Under the pieces are notes generated by a model. It was not told the DNA's origin, made no database searches, and was given only the letters and a program-made list of their open reading frames with translations. The position numbers and the translations under genes are program-made. A stretch of DNA of 64,000 nt from the human T2T-CHM13v2.0 reference genome, Homo sapiens. The DNA lies in assembly GCF_009914755.1 (NCBI RefSeq), contig NC_060930.1, one strand, 5' to 3'. Within the stretch, counting starts at the first letter, position 1; the number at the start of each line of letters is the position of its first letter. Shown in pieces: positions 13,191 through 29,080 of the stretch.

Positions 13191-15496
13191 CACAGCTGCT
13201 GCACATCCCGGGGCTCCTGACCTCTCTGCGTTTGCAGCGTAGCCCAAGTCGGTCAGCACTGGAGGACCTCAGAAGCCATGTTGAAGCCCCATAGTGAAGC
13301 CAGGGCTGCCTTCATTCAGACCCAGCAGCTGCACGCAGCCATGGCTGACACATTCTTGGAGCACATGTGCTGCCTGGACACTGACTCGCCACCCATCACA
13401 GCCTGGAGCACTGGCATCATCCGTACTATGGGCCCAGCTTCTCCATTGCTAGAGATGCTGAAGAAAACGATTAAGTCTGGAATTAATGTGGCTCATCTGA
13501 ACTCTCATGGAGCCCATGAGTACCATACAGAGACCATCAAGAACGTGCGCACAGCCACGGAAAGCTTTGCTTCTGACTCCATCCTCTACCAGCCCATTGC
13601 TGTGGCTCCAGACACTAAAGGACCTGAGATCCCAACTGGGCCCGTCAAGGGCAGCGGCACTGCAGAGGTGGAGCTGAAGAAGGGAGCCACTCTCAAGTTC
13701 ACGCTGGATAATACCTACATGGAAAAGGGTAAGAGAACATCCTGTGGCGGGACTACAAGAACATCTGCAAGGTGGTGGAAGTGGGCTGCAAGATCTACGT
13801 GGATGATGGGCTAATTTCTCTCCAAGTGAAGCAGAAGGATGCTCACTTTCTGGTGACAGAGGTGGAAAATGGTGGCTCCTTGGGCAGCAAGAAGAGTGTG
13901 AACCTTCCTGGGGCTGCCGTGGACCTGCCTGCCATGTTGGAGAAGGACATCCAGGACCTGAAGTTTGGGGGCGAGCAAGATGTCGATATGATGTTTTCAT
14001 CATTCATCTGCAAGACATCTGATGTCCATGAAGTTAGGAAGGTCTTGGGAGAGAAAGGAAAGAACAGCAAGATAACCAGCAAAATTGAGAATCATGATGG
14101 GGGTTGGAGGTTTGATGAAATCCTGGAGGCCAGCGATGGGATTATGGTAGCTCGTGGTGATCCACCACAAGCCGTCGAGATGAGATTCCTGCAGGGAAGG
14201 TCTGCCTTGCTCAGAGGATGATGATTGGGTGGTGCAACCAAGCTGGGAAGCCTGTCATCTTGCCACTCAGATGCTAGAGGATGTGATCAAGAAGCTCCAC
14301 CCCACTTGGGCTGAGGGCAGTGGTGTGGCCAATGCAGTTCTGGTGGAAGCTGACTGCATCATGCTGTCTGGAGAAACAGCCAAAGGGAACTATCCTCTGG
14401 AGGCTGTGCACATGCAGCACCTGATTGCCTGTGAGGCAGAGGCCACCATCTACCACTTGCAATTATTTGAGGAGTTCTGCCACCTGGCACCCATTACCAG
14501 TGACCCCGCAGAAGCTACTGCCGTGGGCACTGTGGAGGCCTCCTTCAAGTGCTGCAGTGGGGCCATAATCATCCTCACCAAGTCTGCAGGTGTGCCCACC
14601 AGGTGGCCAGATACTGCCCACGTGCCCCCATGATTGTTGTGACATGGCATCCCCAGGCAGCTCGCCAGGCCCACCTGTACCGTGGTATCTTCCCTGTGCT
14701 GTGTAAGGACCCCATCCAGGAGCCCTAGGCTGAGGATGTGGACCTCCGAGTGAACTTGGCCATGAATGTTGGTAAGGCCTGAGGCTTCTTCAAGAAGGAT
14801 GATGTGGTCATTGTGCTGACCTGGTGACACCCTGGCCCTGGCTTCTCCACCACCCTGTGTGTTATTCCTGTGCTGTGATGGACTCCAGAGCTCTTCCTCC
14901 AGCCCCTGTCCCACCCCCTTCCCCCAATGCATCCATTAGGCCAGCAATGCTTATAGAGCTCACTCTGGGCTGTAGTGTGGCACTGGTGGGCTGGAACACC
15001 AGGGAAGAAGATTTATGCCTCGCTGAAACGTGGCTGTTTTTAGAGCCTGCTGTGGCGGGAGAGCCCGGAGCCTGGCTGCCCATCATGTGGCCCCACCCAA
15101 GCAAGAGAAGAAGGAGGAATGCAGAACAGAGGCCCCCAGAGTGTATGGCAAGAGGGTGGCAGCTTCCTTTCCTCTGTGTACTCTGTTTAGTTGCTTTAGA
15201 AAATGGAAGCCCAGAGGACTCCCAACCCTGTCCTGGGGTCAGGAAACAGCCAGTGAGAGTTAGGGACCTTAGGGCATGGGGCAGTAGTTCCAGTTTAAGC
15301 AGATCCTGACCCTGGCCCTTACTTGCTTCCCAATCCCCTGGGCCTTCCTCACTGGCACCTGTGCCCGCTCTCCACTCAGCTGTCCTGCAGCAAACACTTC
15401 ACCCTCCACCTTCCATTTTCCCCCACTACTGCAGCCGCCTCTGAGCCTGTGGCTATAGAGCCTATCTCTATGTCAATAAACAACAGCTGAAGATAA
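13191..15496 (+). pseudogene. PKMP5: Processed pseudogene of pyruvate kinase PKM (M2 isoform mRNA); probably PKMP5
   Basis: Intronless PKM-like sequence from the 5'UTR through ATG 13278 (MLKPHSEARAAFIQTQQLHAAMADTFLEHM) to the ancestral stop at 14876-14878, then a 3'UTR and AATAAA at 15475-15480. It has frameshifts across three ORFs and premature stops (TAG 14726, TGA 14780). TSD AGAAATGAAAGTGGG (13176-13190) / AGAAAGAAAGTGGG (15497-15510). The PKM-pseudogene call is firm; the number P5 is from memory of the locus. Confidence 0.93.
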
Positions 15497-15720
15497 AGAA
15501 AGAAAGTGGGAACATTAACTACATACTTACTGAAATAAAAAAGATTGTAAGAGAGTGTAAGAGGAGCAATTGTACCCCAATAAGTTGGATACACTAGATG
15601 AAATGGACAAATTCTTAGAAACGCAAAACCTACCAAGACTAAACCATGAAGACATGGAAAATAGGTCACAGACCTATGACTAGTAAGGAGACTGAATCAA
15701 TAATCAGAAATCTCCAGACA

Positions 15721-15856
15721 GCCAGGAGTGGTGGTGCACACCTGTAGTCCCAGCTGTTTGGGAGGCTGAGGCAGGAGGATCACTTGAGCCTAGGAGTCTG
15801 AGGTCAGCCTTGGCAACATAGTGAGACTGTGTCTCCAAAAAAAAAAAAAAAAAAAA
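15721..15856 (+). mobile_element. Alu monomer (FLAM-like)
   Basis: ~115-bp monomer + A20; TSD CTCCAGACA. Confidence 0.85.
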
Positions 15857-16151
15857 CTCCAGACAAAGAAAAGTCGTCCCAGAGCTGATGGTGTCACAAG
15901 TGAATTCATCTAATGTTCAGAAGAGAGACTTAGGAGGGAGTCTGGACCCTCCCCACCCCCATGCTCCACTCTATCCTACAGCCACAGACCACCATTTCTC
16001 ACCCGATCCACTCTAGCTTTCCTTACCCCTCCCTTGCCTATTTTATGCAGCCACAGAGATTTTTTAAAAATTCAAAAATCTGACTCTCTTTTCTATATTT
16101 TAAACTCTTCAATGTTTTCCTTTTTCTTTTTGGATAATGATGGAAATCTTT

Positions 16152-16937
<786 letters not shown>

Positions 16938-18074
16938 TCTTTGACATGGTCCTCAATTTTCAGGACCTTTGCATGAGCTGCCGTCTCCTAGCTGGCTCCC
17001 CATCATCCTTCACAGTGTAGCTTAGGGCTATTTCCCTCAGGGAGCTTTTCTGAACTTCCAGAGCAGTTCTAGGCCCCCTGCTATATACTCTCCTGAAGCA
17101 CTTTTATTTCAGTGTATTTATATACCTTGGTGCTATTATTTAAAGTCCGACTGACCTCTTAGATTCTAAGCCCCATGCATGCTTTTCTAATCACTGAATT
17201 TCTAGCACTAACATAGCACATGACATAGTGGAGACTCAATAAATATCTAATGAATAAAAGAGGGAAAAAGGAAATAAGGAAGGCAGGTGGGAAGAAAAAA
17301 GCTGATAGTCTCAGCCAAACTCAGTGACTATGGTGAATCCTGTGGGACATGGAAATATTCTAGCAAACCTTCTTTATGTACTTAACTACTGTCCTGAATC
17401 TGCATTGACCAGTGTCTGCTGTATGTGATCTGCACACACAGCATGGGTATAATTTTCAGCCACAGCTTTTTTTTTGTTTAAAAAAAAAATGGAAAGGTTA
17501 AATTTAGAAGTTAGGCCTATCCACACAATGTCTAACAAACTTACTAATCAAAATATTTACAAATACAGCTTCCAACTGCTGAAATTAGATAATTTAATAT
17601 TTCCTAGTTTAGGCAGAACACTCAAGAACACAGGAAAAGATTGAAAGTCTAAAAAAATGGAGTGAAGCTTTTTGGAATTTATATTGTTCATTTCATCCAA
17701 CAAAAGTCGTGAAACAGTTACACATTGAGTAGTACTCAGGGAATGTCATGACATCCAAGCTTCAGATCCAATGGGACTCTATTTTCAGAAGAGCTTCCAT
17801 TTTAAAATTTAGTCTTCCCACAAAAGAGGAGTGGAATATAGCCTCTGTGTGGGCAGAAGGCATGCTGCAGACACGTCTGGAGGAGGAACATTCAGATGCA
17901 AGATTGCTGCAAGGGCCCACAAGCAGAGAGGTGCCCTCATCTGTGATCACCACCCTCACCCTCCACTTCTGCCTTTGAACCTCGACTCAGACAAAGCTGC
18001 AACAGCATCAGCTGGCTCACAATTACATTTCTTGTTGTAAATGATGTTTTTACTTTAAAACATCTCTAATTAGG

Positions 18075-18442
<368 letters not shown>

Positions 18443-18481
18443 TTAATCTGAGCCTACTTGGTAGAGAACACTGGATCAAAG

Positions 18482-19387
<906 letters not shown>

Positions 19388-20971
19388 CTAGAGATTTTCT
19401 TTAGAACTTTGAGTGAGCTCCTCTGTGAATCAGAAAGATATTCTTGTAAAGTCTCTAGCCTTATGCTTGTGATATTTAAGAGCTTCAGTGATTGCCATTT
19501 CTTGGAGAATTCCTTTATATTTTAGCACACTCTCAAAGAACATTATTACCCTTCCCCACTGAGTTTTGCTCAGAGTCTCAATGTCATTATTTTATTCCTT
19601 GCGCTCCCTTTTTTCCTTAGAGTCATCAACTATAATGTAAGTTGCTTTTCCTTGTTGTATATCCTTTCTTCTGGATCTTTTGGAGAGGGTTCAGATTATA
19701 TATTTTTCCTGTTTTTTCAGAGTGGGGGAAAAAGTCTCCAGGAGAGGAGAAGGAGTTTTCTCACTTGCCTGCTATTTCATTTCCCTAGGCTTTCAAATTT
19801 ATACACACAGTCCATGTGTTCTGATTTTTCCACACAGACATTTTCTAACAGAGATGTTTGTGCAATTTCTTTGCATCTTCACTTCATGTTACGAATATAG
19901 CCAAATTCAAAAAATATACCCAGCCAGAATAAATGTTTGATCTTGTGTCACTGGATTCTTGCATATAACTGGCCATTAAGCAACTAAAACAACTGGACTT
20001 CAGAACAACTGAATTAACAAATACATTGATAATCTGATCAATTTTTTGGTTGGATAAGATCCAAACATTTTAAGATCTGGCATTAAAGAAAGAAAAAGAA
20101 TATATCACGCATTTTTCAATTTAGTTAATTAACAGCTCCTAAATTTAGTGTCCTATTTCTGGTTATGTGTTAAATTTACCCATGGTGTTGTCCTTTACAT
20201 TTGAGAAAAATTTAATGAAGTCTTTCTATAGGGAAGTGTTAAAAGTATAATGCCAAGTGAAAAAGAGATTATAAAATAACACATACAATGCAATTTATTA
20301 ATGTATGTTTCACAATATAATTTTTCTATAGTACACAAAATAAAAATATAAAACAGATATACATATATATACACATGAATGATATTAGATCTAGTTGACA
20401 AACAGTGCAAGCTTTCACCTTCCCTCCAATCCTGAATCTATTAAAATAAAAAGCTATATTTTAGAAAGAATACATTTACAGCATTCTAGGAAAACATGAA
20501 ATGAAACCACCATTAAAAGACCAGGAAATTCGAGACATTCCTGGAAAGAAGATAGAAATGAATGAGAGGAGACTGATAACAGGCGTGAACAGAAAACTAC
20601 ATCCTGACACACCCGTGAGTGAAAGGCCAATTGGGGAAATTCCAAACTTAGAGAGAACAAATGGAACAAGAAGAGAAGTAGCCATGGAGCAATGCTTCTA
20701 GTGAGTCATAAACAGCTGCATCAGGTCAGAGAGGACAGCCCAGAAACCATCTCTCTCCTGTCTCCTGGTTTATACACACAACACACGTGTTTGATCCCAG
20801 GTTAAAAGTGGAGAACTACACTCTGAAGCAAGCAAACTTCCTTCCCTTAAGGCGTCCTGGTGTAGGGGCCTAGAATAGAAAAGCAGAGCTTAAGATAACT
20901 CCAGACTGCTACAACAATCAGGGAGAGAAAAATGAAGACACAGCTCTCTCCAAGAAGGAAATACATGAAAG

Positions 20972-21070
20972 GGCTAAGGGGGGAGGATCATTTGAGGCAG
21001 GAAGTTCAAGACCAGCCTCGATGATATAGCAAAACCCTATCTCAAAAATGAAACAAAACAAAACAACAAC
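20972..21070 (+). mobile_element. Truncated Alu/FLAM fragment
   Basis: GGAGGATCATTTGAGG...AGTTCAAGACCAGCCT...ATCTCAAAAA. Confidence 0.75.
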
Positions 21071-21466
21071 AGGGTTTCACCACCAACCCATTGAACTATT
21101 GCCATGGTTTGCCACATAGTTGACTAATATCCATGTTGACATGAGAAGCGCGATGCCAATTTTTTGTCTCTTTTCATTGTAGGTAACTGGCTTTCTTCTC
21201 TCTGGAGATGTCATTCAGCAGGCTTTTTCAGTCTGACAACTGGTGCTTTTCTTCAGCTTGGGAAATTTTATTTTATTTCTTCAATTACTTCCCCTATTTT
21301 CTCTGTTCTCTCCTTCTGGAGTTTCCATGAGTGAATCTTTTTCAATTTTCAATGTCTTTCAATTTTCAATGTCTTTCAACTTTCCTATCATATTTTTCTT
21401 TTAACTGATTTTTTTTTTTGTCTTCCTTCTTGGATCCTTGCAAGGGTGAGCTCTTAATTTGGTCAC

Positions 21467-21777
21467 TGTCATGGACTGGATGTTTGTGATCCCCCAAATG
21501 TGTATGTTGAAATCCTGACCCCTAAGGTGATGGTCTTAGGAGGTGGGTTCTTTGCAAGGTGATTAGGTCATGAGAGTGGAGCTCTCATGAAAATGATTAG
21601 TGCCCTTATAAAAGAGACCCCAAATATCTCTCTCACTTCTTCCCCTTCTGCCATGTGAGGACACAACAAGAACATTGTCTTAGAATTAGGAAAGTGAGCC
21701 TTCACCAGAACCTGACTATGCTGGCCACCCAGGCTGTGGCATGTTTGTCATAGCAGCCCGTACAGACTGAGACTGAC
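21467..21777 (+). mobile_element. MLT1A/MST-like MaLR LTR
   Basis: TATGTTGAAATCCTGACCCCTAAGGTGATGG...GATTAGTGCCCTTATAAAAGAG. Confidence 0.75.
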
Positions 21778-23385
21778 ACCTTTGTGAGCACATGCATCTC
21801 AATGCTGCCAGAACCTTCTTAGAAAATGTGTAGAATGTGTCTCAGAATTGTCCACCCAAGGAACAGAATAGGGGAATATTTACTCACCAGCTTTCCATCA
21901 CTTTCAAATATAGGTAAGCATTTTAGATGTAACTCAAGGTGAAAAATCCATTTATGTGCTTTGCAAGTTGAAATTCCGTAGTCAGTTGATATATAAATAT
22001 TTCTTATTATAAAATACTGTATGATTAATTATTCTTGTGGAAACTCTTAATTTTATGTACTAAAACAATTATTAAAGAGCTTTCCAATTAACCAAGCTGA
22101 TGTATCTGGAGAGTGTAAGTATTTTTTAATGGATACTCGCTGCAAATATCCCCCCATCAGCTGTTCGAGATTAAAGGAGACTAAAGAGGCATGACAGCTA
22201 CGTGCAATGCATGACACTATTTTGGATCCTGGCTCAGGGAGAAAAAGTTCTATGAGAGACATTATTGGGACACTTTGCAAAATTGGTTTCTCTCTTGTGT
22301 TGAGTCTCTTAACCTGAGATTGTTGGCTGTTTCTTTGCAGAGACCTGCAAGGAAACTATGATCCCTAATTAGAGACTCACGAATCATGCAAAGGTTTATC
22401 ACAGAGAAAAAACTAGGGCTAAATTACTGCCCACAGGAGAGGAGTTTAGAACTACAGGATGATAGTAATGCTTGACACTAATAAATCACTCTGGAAAAGA
22501 AGTTTATAAAATCTGGCAGCTCTTAAAAATCAACATGCTATTTATAGAAAAGAATAGGAAAGAGAACTGTGCAACAAAGACTTTTTTTTTGCCTCCTTTG
22601 AGCCATTTGAATCATCACACTCGCCATATTACTAACTTACACTACTTGTAGCATTCATCCTTTGATGGCAGAGGGCCAAAACATTCTTAGAAAGTAGTTA
22701 GGAAGGGAGAGGAGTCATCACTTCCTTGGCTTAGGTTCAGAGTTCTGCTGAAAACCACTGTCTCTAGCACTCAATCTGTACTCTTCACCTGACTCCCGGG
22801 GAGAAAGTTCTACAGAGAGGAAGCTGGAGCGTAGAACAAGGCCCTTAAACTCACCATGCATTCTGAAATATCCTCTGTAGTAGCATGCATGCTTACTAAT
22901 TTTTTCACAGTGGACATAGGAATATTAGTACTGTTTGCCTGTTCATTTATATATTAATTAACTCATTTATTCATTCACACGCCTTGATTCATGGTTTCAG
23001 AGATCAGTTGTTGAGTTTTCTGTATATATAAAAATCTGCGCTAGCTGCTATAGATATAGACACATACACGAGAGATGGCTTCTGCCTATAAGAAGAAACA
23101 GGCAGTAGCTAACTGTCTGAATTCATTCATTCAGCAAATGTTTATTGAGTGTCTACTCTAGATCAGGCAATATTCTAGGAGGTTGTATCCTAGTTGGAGC
23201 AGAAAGCTATTAATTAAGCAAATTTAAAAGGTTGTTCCCCTTTATGATTAGTGCTGTGAAGGAAATGAACAAAGTGATGTATGTACCTGCTATGTGTGAG
23301 CCATGTAATTACTGTTATTTGACCAAGTGAAGCTTAAAAGATACTCTCTAGTAGAGACATGTAGCGAGATATTAAAGTCAAGCTT

Positions 23386-23686
23386 GGCCGGGCTTAGTGG
23401 CTCATGCCTGTAATCCTAGCACTTTGGGAGGCCCAGGCGGGAGGATTGCTTGAGCACAAGAGTTTGAGACCAGCCTGGGCAACATAGCGAGAACTCATCT
23501 CTATAAAAATTTTAAAAATCAGTCAGGTGTGGTGGTGCATACCTGTAGTCCCAGCTACTCAGGAGGCTGAGGTGGGAGGATCACTTGAGCCTGGAAGTTC
23601 AAGGCTGCAATGAGCTGTGTTGTGCCACTGCATCCTAGCCTGGGTGACAGAGGGGAACCCTGTCAAAATAAATAAATGAATAAATA
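23386..23686 (+). mobile_element. AluJ-like element
   Basis: Canonical dimer with J-type GGAGGATTGCTTGAGC. Confidence 0.93.
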
Positions 23687-23767
23687 CAGGAAATCTTCAA
23701 AACCTATTTAAGCCACTATGGTTGAGTTATTAAGCAAAATTACCAAATACATCATTGTTCTATGATA

Positions 23768-23980
23768 TAGTTTCTCAACCTTGGCACTACTGACATTTTG
23801 GGACAGACAATTATTTGTGGCAAGGGCTGTCCTGTGCATTGTAGGATGCGCGGCAACATGCCTGGCCTCTACTCAGGGATGCCAGTGGCACCCCCTTCTC
23901 AGATGTAACAAGCAAAACTGTCTCCAGGCATTACGAAATGTCTCCTGTGGAACACAATTACCTCTGGTTAAGAAACACTG
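23768..23980. mobile_element. MER20 DNA transposon remnant
   Basis: TTTCTCAACCTTGGCACTACTGACATTTTGGG...CTGGTTAAGAAACACTG. Confidence 0.8.
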
Positions 23981-24408
23981 GTGTATGGGGAAAAATGTTC
24001 CGAATGCCAACTAGGGACCCTAGAAATATATATTCTGTCCCTCAATGTCCTCACCCAAGAGTCTCAGAGGGCTTCTTTTCCTCCTTGTTCTTATGTTTTC
24101 TGTCTAACCTTAGCCCTGCATCAGATACTTCATTTTCCTCCTCCCGTCAGCTTCCTGGGGGAGAAAGGGCAGGAAAAGCAGCTTCAGGGAAGCTGCTTTC
24201 CAACTGGAGCAAGTCAACCCCAAAGACAGGAGAAGTGGGGGACCTGAGTGGTGTTGCCATCACAGGCAAAGTTTGCCTCTTGATTCATTTTGCTAAGGAT
24301 CCACACCCCCCCAGTCACACTCCACACAGAGCCCTGCGGCGACATTTACTCATGCAGTCATGGGTTCATGTGCCCCATCGCAGGCCATGAAGAACGTGGT
24401 TTGTATCA

Positions 24409-25008
<600 letters not shown>

Positions 25009-27609
25009 TTAGAGTATGAAGCAATGTTATAAAGCAATTTTTTTTTAGTTGTGCAAGTGTCAAATGCTGTAAATGAAACAAAATCAGGCAATGTGATAGT
25101 GCCTGTTTGCTGGGAGGATTTCCGGGAGAAGGTGGCTATCACTTTACAATGAAAGGTCAGAGAAGGTATCTCCGAAGAGGTGGCATTGAGGTTGAAACAA
25201 AATGACAGGAAGGAGCCTTCCACACAAAGACTCTGGGGAGAGGCAGAGGAAATAATGAGTTCAAAGGCATGAAGGCTAAATGAGCGTGGGGCATGCAAGG
25301 CAGAGAAACAGCAGGTAAACAGTGGGGTAAGAGAAAAAGGCAGGCCTTGGATCAAGTAGGGAGAGACACATTATAGAAAGAGCAAATGATCCTTACCCTG
25401 ATGGGCTGTCTCGGCTCTTTGCAGTCCCTCTCAGTAGCAGACACCCACCTGTGCTTGATAGTTTTCACCCTGTTTCATAACATTGCACCTACTCAGAAAC
25501 CACTGTCTCTTTGTATCTGTGATCACTTAGAGTCCATCAGCTTGGTGCTGACTTTCTTCTCTTCATGTAGACAGCTGTGTTATAAAAGACCCAAAGGGAG
25601 AGGGACAAAACCTAAAAAGGCTACTTTGGGGTATATATGAGCTTTGGAATTACCCATCTCCCTGCCAGGAGGTGAGGAGGGAAGAGTTCACAGTTGGCGT
25701 GTCCCTTGAGCAAGAGAAGATAACTCGCTCCTGCTGGTTCTGCAAGGTTTCAGCAGTGATGGTTGTTTTGTAGTAGCTCTGAACTTGCCAAGAAAAACAC
25801 ATTGTTTAAAACAAGCCATTCATTTTGAGAAAGGCTATTGTGTAATAATTTCTTTTTCTTCACCCCTTCATCCACAACCACGCAGAGACCATGGTCATCA
25901 AAATAATAGGTCTTTTTTATTTTTACTTAGGGGATCCCAATTTTTCTCCTGTGGCTATGAACAAGGGAAAATATAGCAAAGGAATGCTGATTGGTTTATT
26001 ATGCAAGTCTGTAGCTGGGATGACTATAAAACAATGAACATTATTTTCATAAACTACATGAAAACCAGTGTCTTATATTAAGCTTACATAATTACAGCTA
26101 TGTCATTCTTTATGTTCCCATGTCAATGTTCTCTGCTTCAGATGCCCCTCCAAGAGGACAGGAATTGGACCCACTTTGGGTAGCCTTGTACAATGCAACC
26201 CAGCACCCAGCAACGTCCTGAAGAGGCTGCTGACTGCTCTGGACGAAGTGGAGCAGGGCCCTTCCTCCCTCCACTGGAAGGTGGTGGGCAAGAAGCATCA
26301 GTGCTTCTGGTATTTGACTCAGTGAGACCTAGATATTGCAGATCTGCCATCAAAAATATTTGTAAAGCCGTTTGCACCACTATTATCCTTCTGCTCCTTT
26401 TAAAACCTAACAGGCAGGCCCAACTTGGAAACTTCCAAGAATGAAACACCACCTTCAGAAAACGTGGTAATTGATAGAAGAGTCTGGTGCTACTGCATGA
26501 TGCATTCCATACCCTCTGGGCTCCTCTCTCTAGTTCTTTAACCTAGTCTCTCTCAAGCTATGATGAGAAAGGCACTGATTATTTCAAAATGGTGCAAATC
26601 ACCTGCTGCTTAAAAAACAAGATAAATCCCCCAAAAACGAAAAAAATGAAGTTGTCAAAGACACTGGAATGAAATTTCTGAAGAACCAATCTTTTCCCAC
26701 TGTGTTTCTCCATCAAAAGGAAAAGCTAGGCAAGCTTGTTGAAATGATCAGCTCCATGTGTTCAGCCTGAGTATAGGGTAGCAGGAAACTGCACCCTAAT
26801 TTTAGTGTTCTGCATGGACTCTCATTACTGCCCAAGCACATGGCTCTCACATGCATAAGTCCTTCTTGAGTACTGGTTGCTAACCCTCCTCCACACTTGG
26901 TTTGCAGAGGATATTTCCAGAGTTAGAAGGGTCTTCCAGAATTTCAGAAAAAGAGCACCAGATATTCAATAAACCATGGTTTTTCTAAAGGAATTAATGG
27001 GTTGTCTGTCAGTCAACATTTGGACAAGCTGAGTCTAAGGTTGGCCCTGTAGCTCAGGAGTTGGGTTTCTACAGTGCCTGTTCTCTAGTTCCTTTTTGTG
27101 TTGTTCATCTCTTCTAATAAACTTTGGGCATAGGTTCAGCAAGTGAGAGGCAGGATAACGGAATGGTAAACACACGGCCTCTGAAGCCAGGCTATCATAC
27201 TGGGACCTGACTCTGACACCATCTCTGTGACTTAACTTCTCTAGGACTGAGCTTGCTCGCCTGTAAAATGGATCACAATAGGGCCAACATCATGAAGATG
27301 TTGATGAGCTAAATTAGTTAAGTGAAAAGCAGTTAGAACAGCACCTGACCCATCATGTGTCCAATGTGTTAGCTCTTCTTAATAGGGGTGCTCTACTGCA
27401 ATTACTGAAAAGGGCTTTATTGTGGCAGCTCATTTGAAGAATTTAGAGGTCTATACCTATAGTGGGTTCCCAGTCTTTTGGCCGGCTCCTGGGATACATC
27501 TCGGAAGATGAATGTGGGAGCATCTGAATTCCTCTTTCTCTAATCTCTCAGGTTGGCTACTTCATTTTTGAGTAGAGCCCCTTCAAACACATACATTTTT
27601 TTCCCCTTT

Positions 27610-28030
27610 ATGTCTGTTATTGTTCCCGGTGATAAGGAGTGTGTTTTTGGCTCAGCTCCATGGTTGTCCTATCTATTAATATATCTTTTCTCCATTGCCA
27701 GGGCAGGAAGCCTGAAAACTACACTTTCCAGACTCCTTTGCCTACTGCTTCTTGTTAGCTTTTGCCAATGGGAGGCTCTGGCAGAAGATTGGAAGGTGGG
27801 AGGAAAGTTGAAACAAGGTTTTTCCCTTCAGCTTCTGGGGGTGTCTCCAGCTATGCAAAGGGCAGCATAGTGTCATAATGGCCCGGTTGTGGTTGCCATT
27901 TTCCCATTTACTCTTTCAGACCTAATCACTGCAGTGTTTCCCTGCTCATCTTTGAGTAACATGACTTCTCTTTATGACTCTTCTCCTGTTTGTATACTTA
28001 CTGCTGTTTTCTGAAACCGCTTCCTGGTTG
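27610..28030. mobile_element. LTR33-like ERVL LTR remnant
   Basis: GAAAACTACACTTTCCAGACTCCTTTGCC...TGCCAATGGGAGGC. Confidence 0.5.
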
Positions 28031-28132
28031 ACAGGAATCATTGTTTAAAGACTTTAGATGCTCAAAGAATTTTGCTATTTGCTATACAAAATGACTTAAA
28101 TCTCTAAAATCCTTGTTTTAAAAAATCTTAAA

Positions 28133-28457
<325 letters not shown>

Positions 28458-28537
28458 CTATCAAAACTCACACGAACACACATGGACAAGTGAACAAACA
28501 TTACAGATTAAAATGAAAGAATATGCCAGATACACTT

Positions 28538-29080
28538 TATTAGTTATCTGTTGCTACATAACAGATTATCCTTAGACAGTGGCTTAGACAGCAATCATTT
28601 ATTATTTCTCATGGTTTCCGTGGGTAAATAATTTCAGAACAGCTTGGTTGGATGGTCTTGGCTCGGAGTCTCCATGAAATTACAGTTAGATATCAGCTGG
28701 GGCTGCAGCCGTCTAAAGTTTTGACTGGGGTTGGAGGATCTACTTTTCAAAATGGCTCACTCTTGAGGCTGGCAAGTCAGTGCTGGCTGTTGGCAGGAGG
28801 TCTCAGTTCCTTTCTATGTGGGCTTCTCCACAAGGCTGCTTAAGTGCCTCATGGCATGGCAGCTGGCGTCCCCCAAATAAAGTAATCCAAGGGACTAAGG
28901 AGGAAACTGCAATACCTTTTATGACTTATCCTTGGGAGTCAAATTTCATTAATTTATTCATATTCTATTGGTTACACAAAGCCAGCCCTGATTCACTGTG
29001 CAAAGTGACTACACACAGGCACATATACCAGGAGTCAAGTTCACTGGAGGCCCTTTTGGAGGCCGGATCCCATGTGCATA
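28538..29080. mobile_element. MLT1 (MaLR) LTR
   Basis: TATTAGTTATCTGTTGCTACATAAC...TTTCAAAATGGCTCACTC. Confidence 0.7.

Larger units (their letters stand above)
13025..15900 (+). mobile_element. Old L1 ORF2 fragment hosting the PKM retrocopy and a FLAM-like Alu monomer
   Basis: L1 ORF2-like text on both sides of the pseudogene (GGTTATTTGAAAAGATCAACATAATTGACAAACCTTTAGC; CTAGATGAAATGGACAAATTCTTAGAAAC). Confidence 0.8.

Noticed and set aside
13278-14878. Functional pyruvate kinase retrogene
   Set aside because: Multiple frameshifts, premature stops and loss of conserved motifs (RLNFSHG, RGDLG)
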